The notes under the pieces were generated by a model. That model worked only from the letters and a program-made list of their open reading frames with translations. It made no database searches and was not told where the DNA came from. DNA of 50,276 nucleotides from Candidatus Dojkabacteria bacterium (GTDB lineage: Bacteria; Patescibacteriota; Dojkabacteria; SC72): contig JACPFP010000003.1 of assembly GCA_016182915.1 (NCBI GenBank), positions 456,390 through 506,665 of the forward strand, written 5' to 3'. Below are positions 26,547 to 36,285 of this stretch, piece after piece. Made by a program: the position numbers and the translations under genes. Numbering within the stretch: the first letter of the stretch is position 1; every line of letters begins with the position of its first letter.

Positions 26547-27503
26547 ATGTTAACTCCTGGACAGATATTACAAAAGCGAAGAACTTCCCTTAGAAAAAGC
26601 CTCTCCCAAGTCTCACTAGAGACAAAGATACAGGAGAAGTATTTAAAACTGCTTGAATCTGAGGAATACTCCCAATTTGATTCCAACGTTTTCATCAGTG
26701 GATTTATAAAGATATACTCCGAGTATTTAGGTTTGGATGTGAATAAGATGCTTGCCCTATATAGAAGGTCAGATAAAGCACTGAAAGAACATTCAAAGGA
26801 TATAAGCATAACAAAGAGAAAGAAACTAAAGTTTGATTTCAAAAAACTCATAACACCCGTCAACGTAATAATTCTCCTTGCCATAGTAATTCTTAGTGTG
26901 TTCATAGTATCAACAGTAGACAAGTATAATCAGCTTAATGAGAAACCAACAATAGTAGTAACCTCTCCAAAAAATAACGAGGCAACTGAAAGCGATAAGG
27001 TAACGATTAAAGGTCAAACCGATAAGGGTAACCTTCTCCATATTAATGACGAAAAGATAGTTCTTAAACGAGATGGGAGCTTTGAAAAAATCGTAGCACT
27101 GAAACTAGGTGAGAATATATTCACTATAACCAGTGAAAACCCGGATACAGAGACTAAAAACACTAAAACAATAAGAGTAGAAAGGAAACTGGTTGAAGAA
27201 AAAGTTGTGAAGCCTGTAGAACAGGTGAAGCCTACAACCTTCTCCGTATATGTTGAAATTGCACAGGAAGCTACATGGATTCAGCTATCAGTAGATGACC
27301 AGCAGAAGATTGCGCAGGCACTTCTTCCCGGCAAATCAGCAGTATTCACAATGAAAGAATCCTTGGATATTCTTACCGGTAAACCATCAATTACAAAGCT
27401 TTTCGTTAATGGAAAAGAGATAGCCCTCAATGTAAACTCATCATCGGGAACAGCCTCACTCTCATGCACAATTCAAGACAATGAATTAAACTGCCCGCGT
27501 TAA
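26547..27503 (+). CDS. rodZ: RodZ-like protein (HTH, TM, Ig-like domain, DUF4115-like domain)
   Basis: HTH with GFIKIYSEYLGL, a single TM helix, and a C-terminal TWIQLSVD..GKP..LFVNG domain; follows ftsK. Confidence 0.8.
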   Translation: MLTPGQILQKRRTSLRKSLSQVSLETKIQEKYLKLLESEEYSQFDSNVFISGFIKIYSEYLGLDVNKMLALYRRSDKALKEHSKDISITKRKKLKFDFKKLITPVNVIILLAIVILSVFIVSTVDKYNQLNEKPTIVVTSPKNNEATESDKVTIKGQTDKGNLLHINDEKIVLKRDGSFEKIVALKLGENIFTITSENPDTETKNTKTIRVERKLVEEKVVKPVEQVKPTTFSVYVEIAQEATWIQLSVDDQQKIAQALLPGKSAVFTMKESLDILTGKPSITKLFVNGKEIALNVNSSSGTASLSCTIQDNELNCPR

Positions 27504-27520
27504 AGATATATAATGTATAC

Positions 27521-29203
27521 ATGAACAATGACAATAGCACTATCGAGCTAATAAAAGAGAAGGCCGATATTGTAACAATCGCAGAAAGATACATTCAACT
27601 AAAGAAGGCCGGAAAAAACTTTGTAGGATTATGTCCATTTCATTCAGAGAAGACCCCCTCGTTTAATATCAGTCCAGATATACAAATATTCAAGTGTTTT
27701 GGATGTGGTAAATCAGGAGATGTTATTACATTCATACAAGAGATTGAGAAGTTAGATTTCAAGGAGGCCATTGAAAAGCTTGCAAAGGAAACTGGAGTTG
27801 AGCTTAAAAATACCTCCGAAAACGAACCTTATAAGATATTTTACGATATGAACTATCTTGCCTCTGAAATATACATTAGACTCTTAAAGAATAGTAAAGG
27901 GGCTATGGAGTACGTTAGAAGCAGGGGAATTACGGATGAGGATATAGAGAAATTCAGAATTGGATTCGCTCCAGCAAATAACATTGTGCTTAGTAAATGC
28001 AAAGAGAAGTTCAAACTCACAAAGGCTCAGTATCTTCAATCTGGCCTATTTATCGAGAAAGATGGTGTCCTCAGAGATAAATTCCGTGATAGGATAATAT
28101 TTCCAATGATGTCAGCAAACGGGAAGATAATTGGCTTTATTGGAAGAATCCTCCCAGGCAATAACTATGGACCAAAGTATCTACACTCTCCAGAAACTGT
28201 TTTATTCCACAAATCCTCAAGTGTTTACGGACTATTTCAAGCAAAGCAGAGTATAAGGAAGGAAGATCTTTGCATAATTTGTGAGGGTTCAACTGATGTA
28301 ATTTCGGCTCACCGCATTGGTATTTCAAATATTGTAGCCCCATTAGGAACGAGCCTGGTGTTAGATCAGCTTCAGAAGGTTTCACATTTTACCAAGAATA
28401 TCCTCTTTATCTTTGATTCAGACCTTGCTGGACAGAAAGCGCTGGAAAGAGCCTTTCTTCTTGCAGAAAAACTTGGCCTCAATTCCTATGCCGTTAATAC
28501 ATCCCCAGCAAAGGATATTGACGAACTTATTCAGAAAGATGAGAAGGAGCTTGCAAAGCGAATTGCAAAGAAAGGCGAGGCCTTTACATATCTTATAAGT
28601 GCATTCATTGAGAAGCTCAACCTCTCAAGCCTTCAAGATCAGGTTAAACTCACAAACTACGTTAGGCACCTAACTGAAAATCTTAATAGCTCGCAGAGGA
28701 GAGCTTTCTATATAAACAAAGTTAATGCAATTGTTCCAGCACTGAATATGCCAATAGAGAACCTAGAGCAAAGAAATGAAGTCAATGAGAATAAAGTTCG
28801 TCACATAGATCTATCCTTTGAGGAACTCTATCTGAAATTACTCCTTGAAAGGGAGGTCCTCAGCATACCTGAGAATCATGACATTGGTATATTTAAGAAT
28901 AAGAATATAATAGATATTCTATCTACAATAAAGGATAATCAGCCAATTATAACAAAATTGTTACACAAGAAACTGGAAAATAGGCTCAGGGAGTACCTTG
29001 AGGACATTGCATTGGTGGAAAGCTTTGTTACGCCAGAGGAATTAGAGGATATATACTCTAGAATAAAAGAGCTTGAATTACAGGTAAGGGTTGTAAACCT
29101 ACAGGCGCAGCTTGCAGTTGCCGAAGGTTTAAAAGATAATAAGAGGGTAGAAACCCTATTCAATGAGCTTAATGAGCTGATGGCTAAGTTAAAAAGGAAA
29201 TAA
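27521..29203 (+). CDS. dnaG: DNA primase
   Basis: CPFHSEKTPSF..CFGC Zn finger, FRDRIIFP, KYLHSPET, TOPRIM EG..D and FDSD. Confidence 0.97.
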   Translation: MNNDNSTIELIKEKADIVTIAERYIQLKKAGKNFVGLCPFHSEKTPSFNISPDIQIFKCFGCGKSGDVITFIQEIEKLDFKEAIEKLAKETGVELKNTSENEPYKIFYDMNYLASEIYIRLLKNSKGAMEYVRSRGITDEDIEKFRIGFAPANNIVLSKCKEKFKLTKAQYLQSGLFIEKDGVLRDKFRDRIIFPMMSANGKIIGFIGRILPGNNYGPKYLHSPETVLFHKSSSVYGLFQAKQSIRKEDLCIICEGSTDVISAHRIGISNIVAPLGTSLVLDQLQKVSHFTKNILFIFDSDLAGQKALERAFLLAEKLGLNSYAVNTSPAKDIDELIQKDEKELAKRIAKKGEAFTYLISAFIEKLNLSSLQDQVKLTNYVRHLTENLNSSQRRAFYINKVNAIVPALNMPIENLEQRNEVNENKVRHIDLSFEELYLKLLLEREVLSIPENHDIGIFKNKNIIDILSTIKDNQPIITKLLHKKLENRLREYLEDIALVESFVTPEELEDIYSRIKELELQVRVVNLQAQLAVAEGLKDNKRVETLFNELNELMAKLKRK

Positions 29204-29205
29204 AC

Positions 29206-30126
29206 GTGAAAATTTCAAACTACGACGAATATGATTACGACTACTCCAAGTACTGGGAGAATAGAGGATATGAGGATAAGGCAGAACGTAACTATCTTGA
29301 GAAAGTTCTGAAAAATGTTCGAGGAGATTGGTTTATTGATATAGGTGGTTCATACGGAAGAAATCTTGATCTCTATTATGAAAGGTTTAAACATCCAGTA
29401 ATTATCGACTACTCGCTACAAACTCTTCAGAAAAACTACGTTGAAATTATGGAGAGATTTCCAAATACCACTCTAATTGCGGCCAATGCCTATTTCCTAC
29501 CATTTAGAGATAACTCTTTCGATGGAGGACTCATGGTGAGAGTGTTGCATCACATAGAGAATACACAGAGATACTTTAAAGAGGTCTCTAGAATCCTCAC
29601 CCCTGGCTCTCTTTATATCCAGGAGTTTGCAAATAAACTACATTTTAAAGCTATTGTTAGAAATAAACTGAAGTTAAATTTCTCTTTCTTCAACCAAAAA
29701 CCGTACCAACAACCTACCCATGGGAATTTCGAGGGGACAAAGGGAGAATCTACCCTCTTTTACAACTTCCATCCTAAATATATTAAAAAGCAGATGAAGG
29801 AGAATGGATTCAATATTATAGACAGACAAGGGGTTTCTTTTCTAAGAGTACCTATATTGAAAAAAGTATTAGGAGAAAAGATCTTAATAAAAACGGAAAG
29901 TATACTTCAAAAGTTCTTTAAGGGGATATATTTCACACCAAGCATCTTCTATACCTCATACAAAGCAGGAACGCTCATCCCTGAAAGTGCCGAAACTTTG
30001 ACTGATATTCTCGTATGCCCACATTGCAAGGCAGACCTAAGAATCGAAAGTAAGAAAGCGGTATGTACAAAGTGTATGATGAACTTCAATAAAGAGGGAA
30101 ATATTTGGGACTTTAGAGTCCAATGA
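29206..30126 (+). CDS. Class I SAM methyltransferase with C-terminal Trm112-like Zn-binding domain
   Basis: IDIGGSYGR, LPFRDNSFD, VRVLHH; C-terminal DILVCPHCK..L....VCTKC...F....IWDF. GTG start. Confidence 0.8.
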   Translation: MKISNYDEYDYDYSKYWENRGYEDKAERNYLEKVLKNVRGDWFIDIGGSYGRNLDLYYERFKHPVIIDYSLQTLQKNYVEIMERFPNTTLIAANAYFLPFRDNSFDGGLMVRVLHHIENTQRYFKEVSRILTPGSLYIQEFANKLHFKAIVRNKLKLNFSFFNQKPYQQPTHGNFEGTKGESTLFYNFHPKYIKKQMKENGFNIIDRQGVSFLRVPILKKVLGEKILIKTESILQKFFKGIYFTPSIFYTSYKAGTLIPESAETLTDILVCPHCKADLRIESKKAVCTKCMMNFNKEGNIWDFRVQ

Positions 30127-30860
30127 GATTAAATAAAGCCTTAGGGCAAAATTTCTTTAACAATCATAATCTTGCAGACTGGATAGTAGCCGAGGTTGCA
30201 AAAAGTAATCCAAAAACGGTAATTGAGATAGGCCCTGGCGACGGTTATTTCAGCAAAAGATTGGAGTTAATAGCAGAGAAGCTACTTCTAATAGAGAAAG
30301 ATACTGAACTTGCCGAATTTCTGAGGTTAAAACTACCGAAGGCTGAGATTGCAAATGAGGATGTAATGGAATATGAAATTGACCTAGATAGATATACCAA
30401 ACCAATTGTTATATACGGATCGCTTCCCTACAATATTTCAAAACTAATTATCGAGAAATTTATACAGACAGCTGGTATTGATTCTATGTATTTCATCATT
30501 CAAAAGGAAGTCGCAGAGAAATATACTTTTGCCGAGGGAAAGTCATCAATACTTTCGCTCATTACCTCGTTATATGGAGATGTAGAAATCCTCAAGCTAA
30601 TTAAACCTGGGAACTTCATTCCAAAACCAAAGGTAGAGAGTGCATTAATTAAGATAAAGTACAACAGTAACTCCGGAGGAATAGATGTTGAAAAGTTTAA
30701 AATCATTGTAAAAACAGCATTTAGTAACCCCAGGAAAACCCTTCGTAATAACCTTAAAAAGTTTGATACATCACAAATAGATTCGCTGATACTTGCAAGA
30801 AGGGCAGAAACTCTAAACCTTAATGAATATAAAGATTTGGTAAGTAAAATAGTGATATAA
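30123..30860 (+). CDS. rsmA: 16S rRNA dimethyladenosine transferase RsmA/KsgA
   Basis: LGQNF, IEIGPGDG, SLPYNIS, QKEVA, F.PKPKVES and RKTLRNNL motifs. Confidence 0.95.
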   Translation: MRLNKALGQNFFNNHNLADWIVAEVAKSNPKTVIEIGPGDGYFSKRLELIAEKLLLIEKDTELAEFLRLKLPKAEIANEDVMEYEIDLDRYTKPIVIYGSLPYNISKLIIEKFIQTAGIDSMYFIIQKEVAEKYTFAEGKSSILSLITSLYGDVEILKLIKPGNFIPKPKVESALIKIKYNSNSGGIDVEKFKIIVKTAFSNPRKTLRNNLKKFDTSQIDSLILARRAETLNLNEYKDLVSKIVI

Positions 30861-30869
30861 TCAGGAATC

Positions 30870-31325
30870 GTGAAGAGAAAAAACAAAGAAGAATTTAAAC
30901 AATTGAATTTAGGCCTTAAGTCCCCACTTTCTAACTACCTGTTAAAGATTGGAAGTAAAGTTTCTGAATCGTTTCGTATATTCGACTTAATGAAATATGG
31001 GAAAGACTCAATGGTTTGGTTTCTTAATACAGTATCAACCTCTCTTGTTGCTCTCCAAGTGTATTTAATTCTCACAACAATCAAAGATCTTCCAAGTTCG
31101 CTACCAATTATAAATTACTACAATATAGACTCAATGAGGCTTCTAGAAAGAGACTTTACTCTTGCTATACCGATAATTTCAATATTAATACTTATAATTT
31201 CATTTCTATTGAGTTATAGGTGGTACAATAGGGAGAAGGAGTTAGTTAAACTACTCCTGTATATCCAATTGCTTAGTATTCTTGCCTTGACGGTGCACCT
31301 TCTTAAAATAGTAGCTATATATTAA
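30870..31325 (+). CDS. Hypothetical three-TM membrane protein (DUF1648-like)
   Basis: Three hydrophobic segments with a LPSSLPIINYY loop; GTG start uncertain. Confidence 0.65.
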   Translation: MKRKNKEEFKQLNLGLKSPLSNYLLKIGSKVSESFRIFDLMKYGKDSMVWFLNTVSTSLVALQVYLILTTIKDLPSSLPIINYYNIDSMRLLERDFTLAIPIISILILIISFLLSYRWYNREKELVKLLLYIQLLSILALTVHLLKIVAIY

Positions 31326-31331
31326 TACTTT

Positions 31332-32579
31332 ATGAATGAACTACTTGCGAACACATCTAATCTCCTTCAGAATCTTCTACTGTCAAGCAATCACATAACC
31401 TCAGTAACCCCAGAATACTTTAAATACATTCAATTTATCCCGCTGTTTATACTCTTCTTTCTTATAGCCTTCCTTCTAACCCCAATCATAGGAAGATTTG
31501 CAAAAAAAGTCGATGCAATAGACTATCCTGCAAATATGAGGAAAGAGAAACTGAACAAATATGATCAGACTGTTGGCGTGAAAGCCATTCATAAAACACC
31601 AACTCCACTCCTTGGCGGAGTAGCGGTACTGCTTCCAGTTCTCATTGCAATACCATTCTTTATAACTTCAAAAGAGCTTGTTATACCTTTTTTAATTGCA
31701 TCAGGTATACTTTTCCTTATTGGATTTCTCGATGATGTTTATAACCTTCCCGCTCCTGTCCAACTAGCTGGACAGCTCATTGCAGCATCTGTAATTGCAC
31801 TTTCCATGATTGATATTCCCTTTGTTAATAATCCCTTCGGAGGGACAGTGAACTTGAACTGGTTTGAAACTACTTTTAGAGTCCTCACAGTAGATTGGAG
31901 AATAATTCTACCTGGAGATTTGCTTGTAGTTGCCTGGATAATGATCTGTACGAATGCGGTTAAATGGGTTGGAGGAATCGGCGGACTGCTTGAAAGCAAC
32001 ATGTTAGTGGCCTTCGCCCTGCTTTTCATTTTAGGTGTAAGAACAGAGAGTTCTTTTGTAATAATAATCGCAATAATGCTTGCCGGAGCAATTGCTGGAG
32101 GTTGGATCTTTGATTTCCCACCATCTAAGATATTTACAGGTTCAACAGGAAAAACCCTTTATGGTTTTATAATAGCAGTATTAGCAATTGCCAATGGAGC
32201 AAAAGTTGCGGCTACAATCATCATACTCGCTCTACCCCTTGTTGATGCTATTTACGTTATATATTATAGATATACACAGTTTAAGCCTAAAAACATTATT
32301 GAATTGATGCGAATAAATGGGCCAATGCACCTTCATCATCAGCTGAATAATATGAATTTTACAGCCCCACAAATACTCCTTATAGAAACAAGTATCTCGC
32401 TGTTTTTTGGAATAATTGCCGTTTTAACAACGGGAGCATATAAGTTTGTATTCCTTCTTGTAATCATATTTGTAACAATTGTAGGGATAATTATCCTTAA
32501 TCAAAGGGCAAAAAAGAGAAAAGAGGAGGGAATTAAACAGTCCGCAGGGAAGACCCCCGAATCTAAATATTCATACTAA
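31332..32579 (+). CDS. WecA/TagO/MraY-family polyprenyl-phosphate sugar-1-phosphate transferase-like protein with altered catalytic motifs
   Basis: IHKTPTPLLGGVA, GFLDDVY, PSKIF and HLHHQL motifs; about 11 TM helices. Confidence 0.85.
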   Translation: MNELLANTSNLLQNLLLSSNHITSVTPEYFKYIQFIPLFILFFLIAFLLTPIIGRFAKKVDAIDYPANMRKEKLNKYDQTVGVKAIHKTPTPLLGGVAVLLPVLIAIPFFITSKELVIPFLIASGILFLIGFLDDVYNLPAPVQLAGQLIAASVIALSMIDIPFVNNPFGGTVNLNWFETTFRVLTVDWRIILPGDLLVVAWIMICTNAVKWVGGIGGLLESNMLVAFALLFILGVRTESSFVIIIAIMLAGAIAGGWIFDFPPSKIFTGSTGKTLYGFIIAVLAIANGAKVAATIIILALPLVDAIYVIYYRYTQFKPKNIIELMRINGPMHLHHQLNNMNFTAPQILLIETSISLFFGIIAVLTTGAYKFVFLLVIIFVTIVGIIILNQRAKKRKEEGIKQSAGKTPESKYSY

Positions 32580-32621
32580 AACCTTATAGACAGAGTTTAA
32601 TCGCTAGCATATAATGAATTT

Positions 32622-33269
32622 ATGCCAAAGATTAAAACTGCCACAATTATAATTCTTTCTATATTTATACTTTCTGCTATTATCTTTTTCCTTCCTACAG
32701 AGCAGATACTATCCAAAATCCCATACCTAAACCAATTCTACAACAATACTACAGTAACCGTTACATCAAGAAATTCAAAAGTTGAGGTATTTTTAGGATC
32801 CAAGAGCTATGGTGAGACGCCTGTATCAATTTCAGACCTTAGTCCTGGAGAATATACATTTAAACTAAAAAGGTTAACCGACGTCTCTGAAGCATATGAG
32901 GTTAGGTATGTTCAGATTGATCTAGCAAGAAATACTGAAGCAATTATTGATTTGGAGGTAGGGCCAGAGAATATCTCTGCTGGCTATATTTTATATTACA
33001 CAAAATCACCTGTCACTGATGGGAAAGGCTATCTAAGTCTTGTTTCTGAACCAAACGATGCTACCGTATATATTGACGGTGAATATGCGAATAAAGCCCC
33101 TATCAATGCATATTTAACCAACCCTCAGTCGTATACAATTAAAGTAAGTAAGACAGGTTATGAAAATTTGGAATTTCCAGTTATAGTTAGAGAGGGATAT
33201 AACCTTAACATCAAAACCTACCTATTCCCTATACCGATAAATATAAACGAGAAAATAGATGAGAAGTAA
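32622..33269 (+). CDS. Membrane-anchored PEGA-domain protein
   Basis: N-terminal TM; two PEGA-like repeats (GETPV..LSPGEY; SEPNDATVYIDG..KTGY). Confidence 0.82.
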   Translation: MPKIKTATIIILSIFILSAIIFFLPTEQILSKIPYLNQFYNNTTVTVTSRNSKVEVFLGSKSYGETPVSISDLSPGEYTFKLKRLTDVSEAYEVRYVQIDLARNTEAIIDLEVGPENISAGYILYYTKSPVTDGKGYLSLVSEPNDATVYIDGEYANKAPINAYLTNPQSYTIKVSKTGYENLEFPVIVREGYNLNIKTYLFPIPININEKIDEK

Positions 33270-36200
33270 CTTCAGTGACATTAAAATTAACACGACAGTT
33301 TCAGTACTGGTACACGGAGGGAACCCTCTCGGATTCAAATTAGCGAAAACCCTTCTTGAACAGGGCGGTCGTGTAATTATAGTTGATAATTTCAATGCAA
33401 GATCCAGAAGTGTTGTAAGCGATCTGAAAAAGATCGGAAGCGCAGATTTCATCGATTTTTCAGGTATAGAATCTCTTTTTAAAACTATAAAAAGAATCGA
33501 TTATATATACTATATGCTCTCAGAGTATCTAATCAGGCAAGAGAACTTCTCAAGCAGAGATTTTTTAGAGGAATCAAACTACCTGAATCAAACTCTTAAG
33601 TCTGCATTAAAGAATGATGCAAAGATTTCACTAATAACGTCTGTGAAGCTAAATGAACTTCTTTCCGCTCATATACTTAATAGTAATTTTTCAGCACCGT
33701 CACCATATTCTGCCATAGAACTACAAAAGTATTGTGAGACACTAACTGCAGAATATAGAGATAAATCAAAAATGAATGCCCGAATTATTAGACTGGGCAC
33801 CCTTCTTGGCGCTGATATTGAAGATATCACCGATCCTGTAATTAATGAAATGATTGATGAGAGTTCCAACAAAGGATTTATTACTATTGAAGGCGAAGGA
33901 CTCGGAATCCATTACATTGTAAATATTGAGGATGCAATCTACGGCATTCTTAAACTAACCTTCCATTCAAAAACCGAAGGAGAGGTCATAACCCTTGCAA
34001 ACAGCAACGATTACACGACCCTTTCCCTTGCATATAAACTCCTTGAAATTAATGATGAGATCTCAGATATAAAGTTCATACAAAGTAAAAAGAATGAGAA
34101 GTACATTAGTTATGATAATTATGTACCAGCTCCTAATGCCAGTAATTTCGGTTGGAAACAAAGCCAGACGCTAGAACAGACATTAATCAGTACAATTGAG
34201 AAACTCCATCCCAAGACAGGACAGATTATTAAGAAGAAAATTGATACACCGAAGAAAAGTGAAGACGAAATCCAAGAGGTAGTTAAGGTTAAAAGCGTGA
34301 AAACTCCACTTGGTAACTTCATTGAAACAATAGCCAAACCTTTTTCAAGAATAACAAGATCATCCTCAAATAGTATAGAGGCTTTCAAAAGAGATTTGAC
34401 TCCACAAAAAGCTGCTTCCCTCTCTATAGTAACCTTTCTCATCCTACTCCTTACATACTTCATAATATATCCTGTAATGACAATTGCCCTTGGTGGATAT
34501 CTAACTTTCAATTCTCTGAAAAGCGCTAAAACACACGCAGCAGAATTTGAGATGGACTCCACCCAGAAGGATCTTGAAAAAGCGAGTGGATATATAGATA
34601 AAATCTCTACTTCTTTTGGACAGATGAGATGGATATTCACAATATCAGGTGCATCTGACACATATGAGAATGCAACACAGCTCATATTCGCTTCAGAGTA
34701 TGGCATTAAAGGGGCTAGAGAGGTTGCACAAGCCGTAGAACCGCTTTCACAATACATACAGAACTTCGAGCCTGCACTGAACTTCCAGGCCTCTCTCCCG
34801 TCCTCCAGTAGAGAATACAGAGAGTACCTAACCTCATTAAAGGAAAATAAAACCCTTCTACAAAAGGGCGTCTATAATTTGAATATAGCATCGGATTTGA
34901 TCGGATCTGTAAAAACGAATACATTCCCTAAACCAATACAAAACTACGTTCTCAAACTAAAACAGTATAACGATGAACTGAGTAAACAGATTCTCCCTAT
35001 GGAGAAGGTGGTAACCTTCCTCCCTGACATACTTGGAATTGATGGAAGGGTTAGATACCTTATTCTCCTCCAGAATCCGGATGAGTTAAGAAGTACTGGT
35101 GGATGGCTTTCAAGCTATGCCCTAATCTCTTTTGAAGGAGGTCAGATTAGAGAGTTAAAGGTGGACGACATATATAATTTAGACGGCTCACTAACAAATG
35201 AAAAGATAGAGGTTCCGACATCACTTCCAATGAGACGCGCACTTGGAGTAGATATTCAAACCTTTTCACTTTCAAACTGGGAGCCCGATTTACAATCAGT
35301 CACGGCATTAAATGAAATTTTGATTAACAAAACCGACCCTGGGACTGAAATAGACGGAACAATTGCCATTGACACCGAACTCCTGAAAAACCTTTTAACA
35401 GTTTGGGGAGAGGTAATAATCCCTGGAGAAACCAAACCTATTACAGCAGAAAACCTTGATGAAAGGATTTTTAATCTACACAAACAGTTTACCCCAGGAG
35501 AAAGCTTGAAGACTCCATTCCTCGCAAACCTAGCGAATACAATCCTTCAGAAGGTTCTAACCGCAAGTACTCAAGAGTATGCAAAGATTGGTGGGGTGCT
35601 CTTGGATTCACTCGAAAGCAAGAGTACAAGTATATATCTAAAAAACAAAGAAGCTTTTGAATACCTAAACGAGAATGGATGGTCAGGGACATTGAAAGAG
35701 AGCTATAAATCGGCTCCCTTCTCAATTGAATGGAACTGGGGTGCAAACAAAGTAAATTCGAAAATAGAGAGAAGTATCAATCTCAATGTAGATATTTTAA
35801 ATACAGAAACGATTGATTACACATATGCGTTAGCAATAAAAAATAGTGCAACAAGCAAGGTATACCCACTCGGTGACTATACTAACTACCTTAGAGTATA
35901 TCTTCCTGAGAATGCACAGATAAAATCTGTAAAGGGATTCACCGATACGGACTACCAAATATACTTAGAGAATGGATTTAAGATTGTTGGAGGATGGATG
36001 AATGTCCCAATTCAAGCATCAAAGAGTTTTGAAATTAAGTATACTTTGAATGAGGAGAGTTCGTATAAACCAATTGCTGTTAATAACGAAGATATCGAAT
36101 TTAACCTTTCACTGTATAAACAACCTGGAACAAAAGATAGCACACTTTCCGTAAACGTAACCTACCCAGATAGCTGGGCTACAGTGAGCAATGGAGGATT

Positions 36201-36282
36201 AGATAATGTCCTAAATCAACTAATTACTCAAACCAAACTAGATTTGGACTATAATTACAGTATTATTTGGAATACAAAATAG
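33259..36282 (+). CDS. Fusion of an epimerase-like (extended SDR) domain, TM segment and DUF4012-like extracellular domain
   Basis: Rossmann-like start VLVHGG..LGFKLAK..LEQG.RVIIVDNF; central TM; YLILLQNPDELRSTGG, NW.PD and YLRVYLP motifs typical of DUF4012. Confidence 0.8.
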   Translation: MRSNFSDIKINTTVSVLVHGGNPLGFKLAKTLLEQGGRVIIVDNFNARSRSVVSDLKKIGSADFIDFSGIESLFKTIKRIDYIYYMLSEYLIRQENFSSRDFLEESNYLNQTLKSALKNDAKISLITSVKLNELLSAHILNSNFSAPSPYSAIELQKYCETLTAEYRDKSKMNARIIRLGTLLGADIEDITDPVINEMIDESSNKGFITIEGEGLGIHYIVNIEDAIYGILKLTFHSKTEGEVITLANSNDYTTLSLAYKLLEINDEISDIKFIQSKKNEKYISYDNYVPAPNASNFGWKQSQTLEQTLISTIEKLHPKTGQIIKKKIDTPKKSEDEIQEVVKVKSVKTPLGNFIETIAKPFSRITRSSSNSIEAFKRDLTPQKAASLSIVTFLILLLTYFIIYPVMTIALGGYLTFNSLKSAKTHAAEFEMDSTQKDLEKASGYIDKISTSFGQMRWIFTISGASDTYENATQLIFASEYGIKGAREVAQAVEPLSQYIQNFEPALNFQASLPSSSREYREYLTSLKENKTLLQKGVYNLNIASDLIGSVKTNTFPKPIQNYVLKLKQYNDELSKQILPMEKVVTFLPDILGIDGRVRYLILLQNPDELRSTGGWLSSYALISFEGGQIRELKVDDIYNLDGSLTNEKIEVPTSLPMRRALGVDIQTFSLSNWEPDLQSVTALNEILINKTDPGTEIDGTIAIDTELLKNLLTVWGEVIIPGETKPITAENLDERIFNLHKQFTPGESLKTPFLANLANTILQKVLTASTQEYAKIGGVLLDSLESKSTSIYLKNKEAFEYLNENGWSGTLKESYKSAPFSIEWNWGANKVNSKIERSINLNVDILNTETIDYTYALAIKNSATSKVYPLGDYTNYLRVYLPENAQIKSVKGFTDTDYQIYLENGFKIVGGWMNVPIQASKSFEIKYTLNEESSYKPIAVNNEDIEFNLSLYKQPGTKDSTLSVNVTYPDSWATVSNGGLDNVLNQLITQTKLDLDYNYSIIWNTK

Positions 36283-36285
36283 AGG

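Noticed and set aside
34119-34757. 212 aa minus-strand ORF
   Set aside because: Lies entirely antisense to the SDR-DUF4012 gene; no recognisable motif.
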